Below are positions 62,796-64,000 of a stretch of DNA of 64,000 nt, one piece after another. The stretch's first letter is position 1. Every line of letters begins with the position of its first letter. The notes beneath the pieces were generated by a model. That model was not told the DNA's origin. It was given only the letters and a program-made list of their open reading frames with translations, and ran no database searches. Where the stretch lies: NCBI RefSeq assembly GCF_006345805.1, contig NC_042998.1, positions 23,994,001-24,058,000 on the forward strand, read 5' to 3'. The translations under genes were made by a program, and so were the position numbers. Source of the stretch: Octopus sinensis. Taxonomy: Eukaryota.

Positions 62796-63412
62796 CCCTT
62801 TCGTTACTATATTTCTGACCAAAATACACCCCTTATGTGTTTCAATTAATTTCTAACGTAATCATAAATTTAGTCTGGTTTCATTAAACAACAATAACTT
62901 TTTTATTTATCAATATATTAACGTGAATTTTGGAAGATAATTTAATGAAATGTCCTCAACCAATTCTATACTATAATTTTTGTCACAAAGTGACTCTAAT
63001 TGCAGGTAGATACAGGTAATTCAACAATATATAAAATTATTAAAATTTTGTTCAAACATCGCTATAGAAAATGGGTTATTAGCTAATATTCAATGGGGTA
63101 TACAACAAAATTTACGATAGAATTTGTTATTCTGGGTAACTTTCTGATACCCATAATAATATTTATGGCAAAATAGGCCTTAATTTCATTTAAGGTTGTA
63201 GGAAATAACAAACTATCCTTTCTTTCGTTTTGTTTACATTTAGCGTAACGTTTCGTTTCTGCCGTAATGATTTCAAATGGGCTCATTCGAAAAAGTAAAT
63301 AGAAATAGTCTAAGGCTTTACTCTTCTGGGAAAGTCTGTGGCTTGGTGCAGTTTCTTCAGAAAAATCACCGAAAGAAACAGTTTTTAAATTTTCACTCCA
63401 TTCAGGTACCAA
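62796..63412 (-). mobile_element. Deleted piggyBac element: terminus plus transposase fragment (PGBD4-like)
   Basis: TTAA-CCCTTTCGTTAC terminus at 62796. ORF 63083-63412 reads LDYFYLLF...AETKRYA...PTTLNEIKAYFAINIIMGIRKLPRI, the N-terminal part of the piggyBac DDE_Tnp_1_7 domain, truncated where YWS is expected. Confidence 0.88.
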
Positions 63413-63854
63413 TTCGTTTTCTTTATCGCTGTCGGATTCACTGTTTTCACTTTAATAGCTGCAAACTTGCAAAGACAAAGGAGGAGAAGGGTGATAGCGT
63501 CAGTGAAACAATTCGCTCCCTTTGTGTGTGTGTGTGTTTGCGTGTGGTGTAAACCACATTAAGAAAAACATTTGACATACACACCAGAATGTGAGTTTTC
63601 TGTAAATTTTGCTTAATTGGAGTTTAAGTTTTAAAAACTGGACCTGGCATGACCCGATGCATTCTACTCTTAAAAATGGTAGGTAAATTGTAATTGAAGA
63701 AATCCTATATTGTAGATTTCTATAAGTTACAAAGGGAGGCAGATAAAATCTGCCTTTTATAATAAGAGATATATATATGTATAATTTAATAAATAAAATA
63801 TATGCATACATACATGCATATATGTATGTACCTACATCTACATGTATATATACA

Positions 63855-63912
<58 letters not shown>

Positions 63913-64000
63913 AGTACAGGACACCACAAATAAACGTACAACTCAACGAGAAACGAAAACATAAAAACAAACTAGGAAATGGACTTTTTTTAACAACGAA

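Overview
Eukaryotic, very AT-rich, repeat-saturated DNA. The SINE repertoire and microsatellite load look like a coleoid cephalopod, probably Octopus (recognition only, not a database result). Almost every ORF in the supplied track is a translation of a microsatellite or SINE. No complete protein-coding gene, rRNA, intact tRNA or CRISPR array is supported. Supported content: (1) dozens of tRNA-derived SINEs of at least three families, plus an RTE-tailed element carrying a ~65-bp VNTR; (2) DNA-transposon relics and MITEs (mariner, Tigger-like, hAT, piggyBac, Chapaev-like, Helentron/HINE-like); (3) Penelope-like element (PLE) ends that repeatedly occur as inverted dimers and carry minimal type I hammerhead ribozyme (HHR) motifs. 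Top leads: a PLE family whose GIY-YIG ORF stop is followed by a tRNA-derived Pol III head and then an HHR (21.6-22.0 kb, also 14 kb and 43.4 kb); a canonical HHR pair in a near-perfect 145-bp palindrome (17.6-17.9 kb); HHR-like motifs with altered catalytic cores but intact helices; and SINE dimers/trimers with a fixed AG|GT junction inserted as single TSD-flanked units. A few weak candidate host-gene exons and a qualitative left/right difference in CpG decay are also noted.
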